The notes below the pieces were generated by a model that was given only the letters and a program-made list of their open reading frames with translations, ran no database searches and was not told the origin of the DNA. Below, piece by piece: positions 1-12,485 of a stretch of DNA of 64,000 nucleotides (within the stretch, counting starts at the first letter, position 1; the number at the start of each line of letters is the position of its first letter). A program made the translations under genes and the position numbers. The stretch is from positions 7,254,001-7,318,000 of the forward strand of contig OZ059899.1 of the NCBI GenBank assembly GCA_964057225.1, read 5' to 3'. This DNA comes from Auanema rhodensis. Taxonomy: Eukaryota > Animalia > Nematoda.

Positions 1-531
1 TTTACATTGATTTGGCGAAACTGAGTTACTATCATTGATAGGAAAGCTTATAAGAATAGAGCCAAAAATTGATAAAAGTCTATTTTTTTAGACAATCGTT
101 TGATACGAATAAAAAAAAAGCTATTATATGCCTTGCAAAGTCCTATTGTACAGATAACCCCTTTCATTACTTTTCGTAACAATTGATTAAGATGTATTAA
201 ACTATTTAATACATGACAAATTCAAACATTATATATAAAAAATCTAGATCACCCATTTACAATGTATTATAGTTTTAAAGAGGCTAACATAACAAACTAT
301 AAGAAATACTGAAACTGATAGGGATTGTGATCACGGTTTATTATTGATATATAAAAAAAGGCTGAAAATGTCAATGATAAAACAAATTTAAGGAAAACAA
401 ATAAAAATCTATTAAGGGTAAATCAAAAGTAAAGAACGAGCTAGCTCACTACGAATCCCTGTATTCATGATAGCTATGACAGACTAGGCAAAGCGATAAT
501 CACAATTAGGCGCAAAACGGCAAATAGGCGC

Positions 532-2524
532 CTAGACCCGTAAAATCGTTGAAGCATTATACTTTCTTCTTTGAGCTACTTTTCCTGCTTTTTTCTTTTA
601 CAGAAGTTTCTTTTTGAGTTAATGATGGTGATGATGGAGGAGAAGGAGATTTTGAGGAAAACATGTTAGGCATCTTGATTGATAATGGCATTTCAAATTC
701 ATTAGGAACCTATAATATCAAGTTAATTTCAGATTGCATAAAACAAACGTACTTTTCCCATACTTCCAGCCTCGAAGAACCAACCAAGTGGAAACCATAA
801 ACGAATTCTGTCATCAGTTGCTGTCAAATTCGCATGATTATAAGCGTAAGCATGGTAATACAAGAACATTCTCGAAGAAATATAGAAAGCTGAAAACGGA
901 TTTTATATAAATGAAATCTAATAGAAAATAACCTATAAAAACATCTATAGAGTAATGCTCATGCCCGGCTAAGATAAAGAATATTCCAAATAAATTCATT
1001 ACCCAAGTACCCGTATGCAAGGTGGTCCATGTTGATGGAGTATCTTAACCAGATATATTAAATATATATTAAGTTGAAATCAATTCTTACATTCAGTGAC
1101 AAAATGATTCAGTAACGTAATAGCAGTAGTATGACCACTAAACATGTAATCACCACATGTTCGAACTCCCTTAATATAATATATAATTAATATACATGTA
1201 CACAAATTACTTGAATCGACATCCCTAATTTGGACCATATATGGAAAGCTTGGACTATCTTTTCTTGGAAACTGCCATAACTCTTAATCACCATTAATGA
1301 ACTAACCATATAAAATGTATAGAAAGTATACCTTTGCTCGACATTCCAAATGAACTCCAGGGACAGAGAGAGAAGTGATTAGCATTGTTATACATCTAAG
1401 TAAAAATACAGTTCCAACTAACGAAAACATTCTACGCATTATTACAACTCTGAAAATTTTCAAATTAAATAAACTCAAATATTTAAAATTAAGTACCTAT
1501 GTTTGTGAAACACTAATATAGTAAGCCATATAACACTTAGAGCAACTCCAATCAACTCACACATCTCAAAAGCCCAAGGAATGAGAGGTAAGTTATCCAA
1601 CACAATATCAGGAAGAGGTGGATAGGTTTTCATATCTGGAAATCACTGAATGTTTTGCAATACAAAAACGATACATACCAGGCACTCGATCATGTACAAG
1701 TACCATTACAAACGCAGTTATTAATAGAGACATAAGACAATAAAGGAAAGAGATCGTTAATTTGGCAAAACTTTTACTAGGGGTATCAGGACTTTCAACA
1801 GTACGGATAAGCTAAAAATTGGGAATACCATAATAGTAAAACTTGCTAAACATACCTCATCTCTAGATATAAGTCGAACAGATTGGATATCTCCTGAATT
1901 CGAAAAGGTATCTACTAACTCTTCCTCACTTAAAATATACATACTTAGAGCATTATAAATAAAAATGTATTACGTTATAATTGCGTTCTGCTTAGTGGTA
2001 ACAAATAGATCTTCGCCAGAAATTGACATCCTTCTTCTTCTATTGTATTCAACAAATAGTAAAACATCATCGTTAGATTCCGAAGGATTTCTCGAAACAG
2101 AAGTAGTCTAGAATCAATAAATTAAGAATAACCATTTGATTTCTCACCCTTCTGAGTCTCTCTATAGCTCCAAATAGACGCTTAATATCTCCTAAGCATT
2201 TTAAACCTAATGGAGGCTCTCGCAAATCATTTTCTTTTAACAACATCAAGGTAGATCCATCAATCTATAATTCAGTTAGTTACGCATAGAACTTTAAATA
2301 AAGGCAACCTTATGCTGTTCAGCAAAAACATCAGCGTATTGTTCAAACCCAATTTCGAACATCCATTTTTTTACATCTTTGCATGACCACTCACATACCT
2401 TAACTCATAACCTCAAATTCAAAGCCCTTTAATTGTGAAAAACCTCAGATGTAGCAGACATTCGCACAGTTGGGGTTACACCAGCTGCTGGCGCAACCGG
2501 AGAGTAACATGGCTTTCTTACCAT
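532..2524 (-). CDS. SAM-domain sphingomyelin synthase-related protein (SMSr/SAMD8-like), multi-exon
   Basis: Spliced translation gives an N-terminal SAM domain ([53 protein letters not shown]). SMS motifs present: [44 protein letters not shown] at 2524 follows a TTCAG acceptor; TAG at 532-534. Confidence 0.9.
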
Positions 2525-2750
2525 GGCCTGAAGAAATATCCTGATGAGCAACTAATACAACCCAAATAAATGTATCGAAAAACGAAAACAATTCAAAAAA
2601 TTAGTACTTTTAAAAACTTTATTAATGACTATTTTGTTAATAAAAAAAAAGCATTTTAATTGCGATACTTTGAGTAATTGTTTCGAATATAAATATATAT
2701 ATCTATTACTTAACAACAACGAGATCATGAAATCGAGACAAATAAAATAG

Positions 2751-3320
2751 TTATTTTTCCCCACGAATTCTTCTAATCAACTGAACATCACGTGGCATCA
2801 AAGTTACACGTCTAGCATGAATAGCAGCTAAATTAGAATCTTCAAATAAACAGGTTAAATAGGTCTCAGCAGCTTCCTAAACAACAACGTATAAAGATAA
2901 TTTAACAAAGAATTTATCGAATACCTGAAGTGCTGATATAGCATTGGACTGCCATCGCAAATGTTGATCTGCAATCTAAAAAAGAAATAAGAACAAAATA
3001 GAAGGATTTGCATACCTTTAAAGATATTTCACGTACAACCCGTTGAAAAGACATCCGGGGAATCAAAAGATTAGTTGTTTTTTGAAACTTTCTAATTTCT
3101 TTTAAAGCCAAACTGCCTCGCGCTACAATGAAAATATTTACCAATACATATGACTCATAGGCTAACCTATAGGTTTCTTCATACTTTCAGATGGAGCATA
3201 TTTAATATTTTTTTGTACTGCTTTTCGTTTAGTCTCTAACCGCTTGAAAGTATGACTAGTCTTTGACACAGGAAGGGTTGTGTTAGATCTTCTCGTCGTT
3301 TGCTGTTTGGTTCGAGCCAT
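2751..3320 (-). CDS. Divergent histone H3 variant, CENP-A/HCP-3-like (4 exons)
   Basis: Spliced: [11 protein letters not shown]...[98 protein letters not shown]. Complete histone fold, intron-containing, divergent tail, F84->W, loop 1 one residue longer than canonical H3. Confidence 0.85.
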
Positions 3321-3479
3321 TCTAAAAAAAATAAAAAATAAAATCAAAATAGCGAAATTGCATAAACAATTAGAATATGCTATTAGCTTGTTTAAATACC
3401 AATAACTAATTTTGGGATCGTAAGTTATATATCATCTGACACAATCACAAACAATATCGACCGCAAAAGATTTTGGCTG

Positions 3480-3635
3480 TGAGCCATATTTTTCAAATAA
3501 TCGGAGCGCGTCCTTCTGCCTATAACAGCTGTGAAGCGAGCGGTCACAACGCGGCGCGGGTTCTGAAGTCTACCAATTACTGTATTGTACCATACCTCTA
3601 TGGGTTATCCGCGCGCCAATTTCATGTTTTTGAAA
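3480..3635. promoter_or_regulatory. Bidirectional GC-rich promoter with E2F/CDE-like (GCGCG) and CHR-like (TTTGAA/TTCAAA) motifs
   Basis: GCGCG cores at ~3506, ~3554 and ~3611; TTCAAA at ~3492 and TTTGAA at ~3629. Lies between the divergent H3-variant and zinc-finger genes. Confidence 0.45.
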
Positions 3636-4092
3636 GATATCGTAATCTTAAATTATAATGATTGATAAGCTTCAATGCAAATCATTACCATCACAGTAAA
3701 TCCTAGTTTTCAAAACAGGTGATACTGTATAAACGATATCTAGCAACTTGCTACCTCTTCACGCCAGAGATGAACGCCATCAATGTAAATTTTACAGACG
3801 AAAATATTTTCGTTTTTCGTGCTGACTGAGCTTGAGAAGATGAAAGTTAACAATGCGGCTTACCCAGAGGTTAACAAGGATATTGATTTTTATGTTTTCT
3901 GCCTTTTTAAACCTTATTTTCCTAATTGTGCTTGAATAAAGAACTCGTTGTATTTTCTATTAATTTATTTCTTTTAGATAAATTGTACAACTGGACATAC
4001 ATTGGCATTGATTCAATAATTTAAAAAATTTTGTAAGTTTTGTTAACACGTTGTTCTATAACGCTTTCTATTATGCAGGCTTGTGCTTTGCA

Positions 4093-5528
4093 ATGGATCA
4101 TATGGGCCATGATGTATATCAGACACATCAGGGACATGGCTTAGAAGATCAGGAAGATGTAAGGTTGATGGATGAAATGGAAGCAGGCGATTATACGGTT
4201 TGTCTTCTATTTTGATATTTTTTGGAAATCAGTTATTGATCATGGTTTACTTTCTCAATGGGGCACAGTTTCGTCTTATCAATTTAAAAGTTTCAGTTTA
4301 ACGATGAAGAAGATATTGAAATCGGTCCTACTCGCGCGGTTCATCAATGTAACATTTGTAATAAAATATTTGTCTCGTTTAAAGGTAATTAATTAATTAT
4401 TTTTTATCTAAGTACGATAATCAGGTCTGCAACAACATTCTGTTATTCATACTGATCAGAAACCTTTTCAATGCGACATTTGCGGAAAAACTTTTCGGTT
4501 TAAATCAAATTTATTCGAACATAGATCCGTTCATACAGGATTCACTCCTCATGCATGTCCCTATTGTGGTAAAACTTGCAGGTATCATTTTTTTTCAAAT
4601 GAATATATATGTTCTGTTTGTTAGATTAAAAGGAAACTTGAAAAAACATTTAAAAACCCACGTTAGTACAAAAGAAGAATTAGAACAAGCATGGCGTCCT
4701 TTTGCTAGGTAAGATAATATTAAATACATTATTGTAAAAAATGTAATTCAGTAACCGACGTCCTCCTGCTGATATTCCGGACGACGCAATTATTGTTCGA
4801 GGTTCCGGAGAACCTTTCTTCACACCACCAACTAGAACTCGAAAAAGGTAAGATGTTCTGTTCAATATTTAGCTTCATTGATCAATTCTTACAGGAAGTT
4901 AGGGCTTGGTACTGATCCTAGAGGATGGGTCGAAAAGATTCGTAGAGGCGAAATTTTACCTTGTCAACCTCTAGATGACAAACTCCGAAAGTTAGAGGAA
5001 GCGTTTAAAGCGCCACATCCTGATCTGTCTTTGAGTGATATTGCTGATTATGCTCGAAACATTGGCTATGAAAAGTGAGATTTTTGTTCTTATTATAAAC
5101 TTCATAATTTTTCGAATTTCTTTTTATTCTTAATTTTAAGATACGATTGTCCTTTATGTAAAGCGGCTTTCTTGGGACGAACTGATTGCTTGGACCACAT
5201 AGATGTAGAACATCCTATGGCACGTTTGGAACGGCCTTTATTCTGCGAGGTATTATTCACAAATCTCATAACATTCGAGAGTATTATTTTTTAGATTTGT
5301 CTCAAAACGTTCGCCGATAGGAAATCTTTTGAACAGCATGACAGTTATCACAAGAGGGTTAGTATATTATTACAACAACAGGACAGTCAGGAACAAGAAG
5401 TAAGTATGCCTCATTTTACCTTATCTTAAAGAATATGTTTCAAGTTCTCCATCTTGGAACAAAACCGTATGCAACAATCAAATCACGACAATGGAGATGT
5501 ATTAATTCATACCGATTTACTTGTATAG
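4093..5528 (+). CDS. lsy-2: C2H2 zinc-finger transcription factor, LSY-2-like (3+2 fingers)
   Basis: Spliced: GPTRAVHQCNICNKIFVSFKGLQQHSVIHTDQKPFQCDICGKTFRFKSNLFEHRSVHTGFTPHACPYCGKTCRLKGNLKKHLKTH...YDCPLC..HIDVEH..FCEICLKTF..HDSYH. Resembles C. elegans LSY-2 as recalled. Confidence 0.8.
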
Positions 5529-5598
5529 TACGCAGGCTATGGTTATCGTTTAGATATCTTCTAGAGTTTGCTATTCAGTTCCGGCATCCGGGTATATA

Positions 5599-6203
5599 TT
5601 AGGTGTGCGCAAAAGTTTCTGGCCATCCACATTGAAATTCGAATAAATATTTTAGAATTTAAAATTATCATAAATTAAATTTAAAATTATATTTAAAAAA
5701 GTGTTTGAAATTTAAATTATTTAAAAAAATTTCTTATTTTGACTTTTATTTTCGGTTTTGCTCTCTTTTTCTCAAATGGCTTTTCACAAGGGAGACATGA
5801 TAATTGTCCAAAGCTGTATTTCATTCAAGGTTTAAATGCTTTGAAAGCTTATTTTCTTCTCTAATCCACTTGTGGTGAAGATATACCTTCTAATAGTACC
5901 TGTAAATCATGGTACGTTAGATTTAAATCTAACTACTTGGATTTGGAAACAGACTGACTCCCAAAAAGGTGAAGTTATGTTGTTTTCGTGATGAAGAAGG
6001 AATTATTGGGTTACGTTGAATAGTAAAAAAACTGTTTATACAGTATCATCTCTTTTGAAAACCCAAAAAAATATTTCTGCTTCATGACAAAATATTTTCC
6101 AGATTTCGCTTCATTGGATTATAATTTATTCCGAGGCGTTTTTTGAAAAACTTATAAGAAAGCTGGTTGAAAATTGGCAGAAAACCTTTTTGCGCACACC
6201 TAA
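5599..6203 (+). mobile_element. Internally deleted, decayed mariner (Tc1/mariner DD34D-type) DNA transposon
   Basis: TIRs TTAGGTGTGCGCAAAAG... (5599) and ...TTTTGCGCACACCTAA (ends 6203), with TA on both flanks. Internal transposase fragments: GEDIPSNSTCKSWYVRFKS (HTH), KKVKLCCFRD, LLHD, PDFASLDYNLFR (cf. YSPDLAPSDYHLF). Confidence 0.9.
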
Positions 6204-7145
6204 TATAATAATAATCACTCACCCAGAATTTGCAACCTCAAAGAATTGGCAACTGTTCCAATGGTAATTAGTTTTGCCCTTCCTTCGTATATGAAAGTTT
6301 TACAGTCAAGTTTTTATAGTATCTTCACAGAAACTGTTAATACTAGTTAGAGATTAAGATTCTCTATCTATGCCATATAATCTAGTGCAAATTTTGGCCA
6401 CTCTTCTGGGTGGGTGAGAAGTTTTGAACTTTCCCGGCTCATATGTCATTATTATATTCTCGATCTTCTCACTCTATTTGTTAATAATCTTGCCTTCTGA
6501 TTGCCACCTCACTCATGTCTCTATCAGGTATTGACAAGCCGGCCATGTTTTTAACTTTGCTTTTACTTTGAGCCATTGACTAGTCCGATATATATATTAA
6601 TATATATATATATAATTGATTAGGAGCATATGTTGGGTTCTTTTTTCATACATATAAATATATTTATCTATCTATAGTATTGAGTGTGCGTATGTGTTTG
6701 CTATACATTTAAGAAAGTAGTTTAAATGATAACTTGCATAAATTTTTGAAAGTTGTTCAAAATAAAAAAAATTCAAACTTTCACATTTTGACATATTTTG
6801 ACGTATTTGTTATACTTAGAATTAGAACACATGCACGCACTTGATATTTTTGTAATGTAATAATGATACTCATGTTCATGGTGGCCATGTTTAGGCATTG
6901 AACACGAACATGATTTAAGTGATTCAGTTTAGTCCAATATGATTGGTATCTCATTGCCCTTTAAGTTCTCCTATTTATATTTTTATGTTAATAACTTTAA
7001 TCTTTGCACGATTTCATAAAATCAGTCTTGTTGCTATTACTGCTTAATAAACGGTTATCTATGTAGGCGAATATGTTCAGATTTCAATCTTTTTTATTTC
7101 AAGAAATAAACTAGTTACAAGAATTTACATCAGATAACATATATA

Positions 7146-7154
7146 GTATAAAAG
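7146..7154 (+). promoter_or_regulatory. TATA box of collagen gene
   Basis: GTATAAAAG matches the nematode GTATAWWAG consensus, ~27 nt upstream of the ATG at 7181. Confidence 0.55.
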
Positions 7155-7180
7155 GAAGAAATTTTTTTTTCTTGGTAGTC

Positions 7181-9110
7181 ATGGATTCTTATTTATCCAT
7201 GCGCCGTGGGGCCAATTTGGCTGTCCTCATATCAGGAATATCATTACTGAGTCTGGTTTGTGAATATATTTCATAGATGTGTATAATCAGATGTATTTTA
7301 GATTATCTCTATTCCTGTCATATACTGTATGATAAGTAACTTTGAAAATGAGCTGAATATCAAACGAGAAGGCTATCAGGATATGTCAGATAAGATGTGG
7401 AGCCATATCATGAAAACTCAACCAGAACTCCAAAGAATTCGCCGTCAAGCTTGTATTTAAGAAATTTTAATTCAAACAAGCATTTTCTTAATTAAGATCA
7501 AGAAGGAGCTGGTGGTGGTGAAAAACCAAGTTGCCCGGCTGGACCTAAAGGAACCCCAGGAGTCCCCGGAACACCTGGTGCCTAACCATATATTAATTGT
7601 CACACAATTCAAGTTTAGGAATGAACGGAGAAGATGGATTGCCTGGTAAAAATGGTGCTCCTGGTTCAAATGGTGGTGCTTCCGATGGAGCTGGGGCGTG
7701 TGCTCCCTGTCCCGCTGGACCACCTGGTTTGGCTGGTTATAAGGGTAAACGTGGTCCCCGAGGACCAAAGGTGTGTTTCAGATTAGTCCTCAAATATACT
7801 ATTTATATTGAGGGAGCAAAGGGTGCTCCAGGAGAAGGTGGTGCTGATGGACCACCGGGAGATGATGGAGCGGATGGAGATCACGGAAGACCTGGCCCGA
7901 TGGGACCAAGCGGAGAAAAAGGATCTCCAGGAGAAGATGGCGTTGGGCATGCCAAGGGAGCTCCTGGACCTAAAGGAGAACGCGGAATGGGAGGAATGCC
8001 AGGAGAAGAAGGACTTCCAGGAGAACGTGGAGATGATGCCGCAAATGGACCTCCAGGAGAAGGCGGAGCACCTGTAAAGATTGATCAATTTTGATTTATA
8101 TATATATATTATATTAGGGTCCACCAGGAGAAGCAGGACCACCTGGTATTCCTGGATTCCCTGGAAAGACTGGAGCAGTTGGTGAGGATGCCGAATATTG
8201 TCCTTGTCCTGATAGGAAAGTATCGAAATAGTACTTAGGTTGCTTCATAATGATTTTCTATGTAGGATAGTGAACCTATTGGTGAGGGAGCGCAACCATA
8301 TGCTGAAAAACCAGAGCCATCCCCAGCACCAGCACCTCCACCATCACCATCTTATGAAGAAAAGCCGGCTGATACATATGAAAACAAACAACCCATTGCT
8401 GAAGTAACACATCATTCAAATTTGTATACTAAAATTCGATATAGGCTCCACCTCCACCTCCTCCACCACCACCGTCACCAGCACCAGCGCCATCGCCAGT
8501 CGCTCCTGAAAAATATGAAGAGCACGACTCTGTAAGTTTAACAAGAAAAGGTTTCCGAAATAAAAACGGAATATTATTCAATTACGGTAGTAATTAGACT
8601 TCCTTCAAGGGAGACAACTATATTTCAAGACCTGTCTCTTTCTATTTAAATGACTCCGATAACATCGCATCAAATTCTAATACGGAGAGCAAAGCTAACT
8701 TTGCTAGTTCATCTACCAGCGGGGCTAACGCTGAAGGTTCACCAACCTCCTCGAGTTATGGAAGTTTAGAAGACTATCCGAGACTTGCAGGCAATATCAT
8801 TAATGTTAGAAGTTTCTGATTTTGTTTTCGTTGAATTCTATCTTATAGTGTTCAAATAGTGTTTTCCTTGTTAATTATCATATTTGTATCTGATCGTTAA
8901 CAAGTTCATATTTCCAGATTCCAACCCCTCTTGGAGAAATCCCTCTTGAACAGGGAAAATATTCCTCAGATCACGTTCTTGCAGCTGTTAATGCTGGGGC
9001 TAGACGTGTAAGTCTACACAATACTACCGTTTTTCCTGATTTATAATTTTTAGGCACGTTTCAACAAAGCAGCCTTCGCTCGCAAGCTTAGAAGAAAGCT
9101 TGTTCTTTAA
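7181..9110 (+). CDS. Cuticle collagen with long Pro-rich / Ser-rich C-terminal extension
   Basis: N-terminal hydrophobic Col_cuticle_N segment, furin site RIRR, Cys + Gly-X-Y blocks, and DAEYCPCP. Further exons follow (PSPAPAPPP..., basic end ARKLRRKLVL*). Confidence 0.92.
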
Positions 9111-9444
9111 TGAAATAGTTGAAATAAATAAAGTCGTTCACAAAATAATTGTTTATATCAACAGAAAACTTCAAAAACCCCTAATAATTATAATAATGCA
9201 ATTAACTTCGTTTGGATATAGAATATGTAATGATCAGAAAAAAATCAGATATCTTCGGAATTTTAAGCCAAATTAAAAATAATGTGTTATTACAGGTTAT
9301 CGAATGATGCAGAAAAAAATTCCTATCTAAGAAAACTGATCAGAATCTTATCTCAATTATCTACAGAAAAAAAGCTTTGTAAAAATGTTTAACATTAAAG
9401 ACAATTAATGGTTAGATGTGTTTGCGAACTAGATTTTTCTTTTG

Positions 9445-10861
9445 CTAAGAGCTAGGACGTGTACTCATCACGTTACTCACATCAAAATCATCCTCTTTAC
9501 CTTGATCCACTAGACTTTCAATCTCATCTGGGTCAGCTTTGAATAAAACAGAGTTTTTAAAACAATTATACTGAAAGTATATACTAGAAAAACACAAGTT
9601 AGAGCTTACTTACATTTTTTATAAAATCGGTATAAGGAGTTTCACTTTCACATACTATGTAGGGAATGTGGCTAACTCCCGCCATCAGACTTTGACTTTC
9701 TTTCCAGAATTTGTGAAAGAACGAGCCCAACACTCCGAAATTATCTTGTATATTATCGGAGTGAATCATGATGGCGAAAGTAGAGCAGACAAACTGGTCA
9801 TTACGACGAAATCTGAAACTAACAATTTTTTAATATTCAACTTAATTTACTAACCTGAATGTTAGTAAAGTACATTTTGATTTGGTTCCTATAGTCCGGA
9901 TAATAAGAATGAAAGAGTTAAAATTAGGGTGCGACAATTTGTTAAAATCATCTGAAATATGCAATAAATATAATTTTAATCTCAATAATACAGACAAATT
10001 AACGAGTTAGGACATTTACAACATTTCCGAGCTTTCTGTAATCTTAGTTTACTGAAATATAGAAGCCTCGCTCTTTGATCTGAAAATTGTATAAGTTTTG
10101 ATTTTACCAAAAAAATACGAACTTGATCGTTCAATGTGAACTTGAATAAAGTCAGATGGGGGTCCCGGACAAGGTGGTGGATGAGGCCTGAGCGTCTCAT
10201 TGATCTTCGACGTAGGATATCGAGTACCTGGCAAAACAATAACTGTGATTCTCTCGATGAGAACTTCTTACGATAAGTTAAGTAGTTAGAAACATATGTG
10301 ATAGGCAAGTGATCGCAAGGTTCTCGAAGATGGTTAAAATGAATAATGTTGCTGGGTTCAATGAAAGGCTTACTCCTCATCTTATTAGCAATGTACACAA
10401 CTAAAAATAATGATTTAAACTTTGAATCCAAATTTTAAAATACATGGATAATTCGGGAAATCATCATCCGAGAAAAAATCATAATTCCTAGTGATAAATG
10501 ACGAATTGGAATCATCATTAAGATACTGTTTCAATTCTGCCATTAAAGTTTCTCTGCTTTTTTTAATTATTGGCCTTCCGTTCTCCTCAACATTGTCTGT
10601 TAAAGTTTCTGCTTCCATATCATTCTCAGCTGGCGCTGCTAATTCCACATCGTTGTCTATGGGAGTTTGGGACGTTTCGGTTTCCTGGACTTTTACGCTA
10701 AACTGATCCTTTTCCTTTTCATCCGATACCTGCTGTTGATGTTCCACAGTTTCATATGCAACTTCCATAGTATGCTCCTTGTCAGTTCCATTCAATTTCA
10801 TTTCGGTCTCAGAAATTCTACTCATACAGGAGCCACACGGGCTAAAAGAAAAATATAACAA
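9445..10861 (-). CDS. Uncharacterised multi-exon protein with acidic N-terminal region
   Basis: Open exons with GT/AG boundaries (10415-10861, ~10230-10405, ~9670-9810, last exon ...DQGKEDDFDVSNVMSTRPSS*). No recognisable domain; start codon uncertain. Confidence 0.5.
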
Positions 10862-12485
10862 TTAAATTTAATTATATCTAAGATCTTTAACAGATTTTGA
10901 AGAAGAAATTTTAGCGAGTGAAGGAAATAAAGCAAAGTTATAAATTGAAAATCTTCTTGAATTCTTGGAGTATCACTTCCAATAATATATGATCACGAGT
11001 GTTTGAAACGTTCAGACTGAAAATACTGGACAATTCTCGACTATGTAAAACTCTGCCTAAAAATGCTTATAGGACGATAAAATTGAGCTTCGTCTCAGAA
11101 CCTAAATACAGTTGGCATACTGTATATTATTAAAACTTGTCTTTAAAAAAATTAAATCATGTATTGTTTCAAATATCACATACAGACATTATATTTACAA
11201 CTAGAATATGTGGTTGTCAAAGTTCAACTATAAAATTAGTCAGATAAGGGCATGGGCTAAGATGACTAAACTTTTGTACGGAATGACTCAAACACACAAT
11301 GGTTTACGAATTAGAAATCTTCATATTATCTTATTCGGGGAGTGAAGAAATATTCATGAAGGAAAAGGGATGATATATTGTATTCTCAGAAACATCTGTA
11401 AAGATTAAACTATTCCAGAATTGGAATTTTTTCCCAATATCCAAAATTTGCAAACTTCAGATTTCACTATAAGACCATACTTTATGCTTAATAAAATAAT
11501 GAATGATGTTGGCATTTCGCAATTATTTATTTTAAAATGTAATATCATGTTTTGTATTATAACTAACTTATTTTGATTGAAAATTTACATTTCTACATTA
11601 ACATGAATGAATCAAATACTGAAATAACCATTTCATTCAACACAAACGACAAATCTATATGAAATTCACTTCTAAGACAAAGAACCATGAGTGCCATCTG
11701 TCTTTTTCAATTTAATGAATCATGGAATCTTTCGAATCCAGCGTTTAACAAAAAAAATATGTTGAAGACTTGTTGGCTCTTTGTAAGGATATCAAATAGT
11801 ATAAAGCAATAAAGATTCCAAAAACACATTTCTATGTTTCACAGCAAATTTTTTTTTATTTCAAAGAAATACTAAATTATATATTCGATATTTATGAAAA
11901 ATTCTTGTTAAAATTTCTACGGTAATTGGCATTCCCCCAGTGTTTATAATTAATTTCTTTAAAATATCGATCTGTATAATTTAGTCCCTTACTCTGCTGC
12001 TTTCCGTTGTTTTTTTTTTGGCATTTTTTCGCGCCTAAAAGAAAAGTAAGTAATCTCATGTAACAATATACTATCAAATATCCAAGAACTAATTGTTCAC
12101 CATGATTCTATTTTTCACCATTTATTAAGTTTTATTGAATGCTAGGTTCTTAAAATAAGTTGCATATTAAATTTTTTTCAGTCTCAATATTAACTATAAA
12201 TAGTTGTAATACAGAAAACGATATAAAAGTTATTGATTTCATGAAATTTTGTCAAATCTCGAATTGTATTCGCTGTCCCCATCTTTTGTTGTATTAGGAA
12301 TTAAAGTATTTCGCTTTGACTTCCATTAAAAGAAAATGTTACCAAACGTTTCGTTTATCCATCTTCTGTGTTCCAAAAAAAGCAAAATATATTTCTTTCT
12401 CAATCTCATTCTATTACAATTCTATTTTTATCTATTGAGATGCATAAATTACATACTTCTAGATTCTTTCGTTAATATTCAGAAT

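Noticed and set aside
7472-8142. Antisense and alternate-frame ORFs
   Set aside because: Shadows of Gly-X-Y collagen codons.
11100-12400. Possible decayed gene or transposon fragments
   Set aside because: Only short, stop-interrupted frames with no recognisable motif or terminal repeats.
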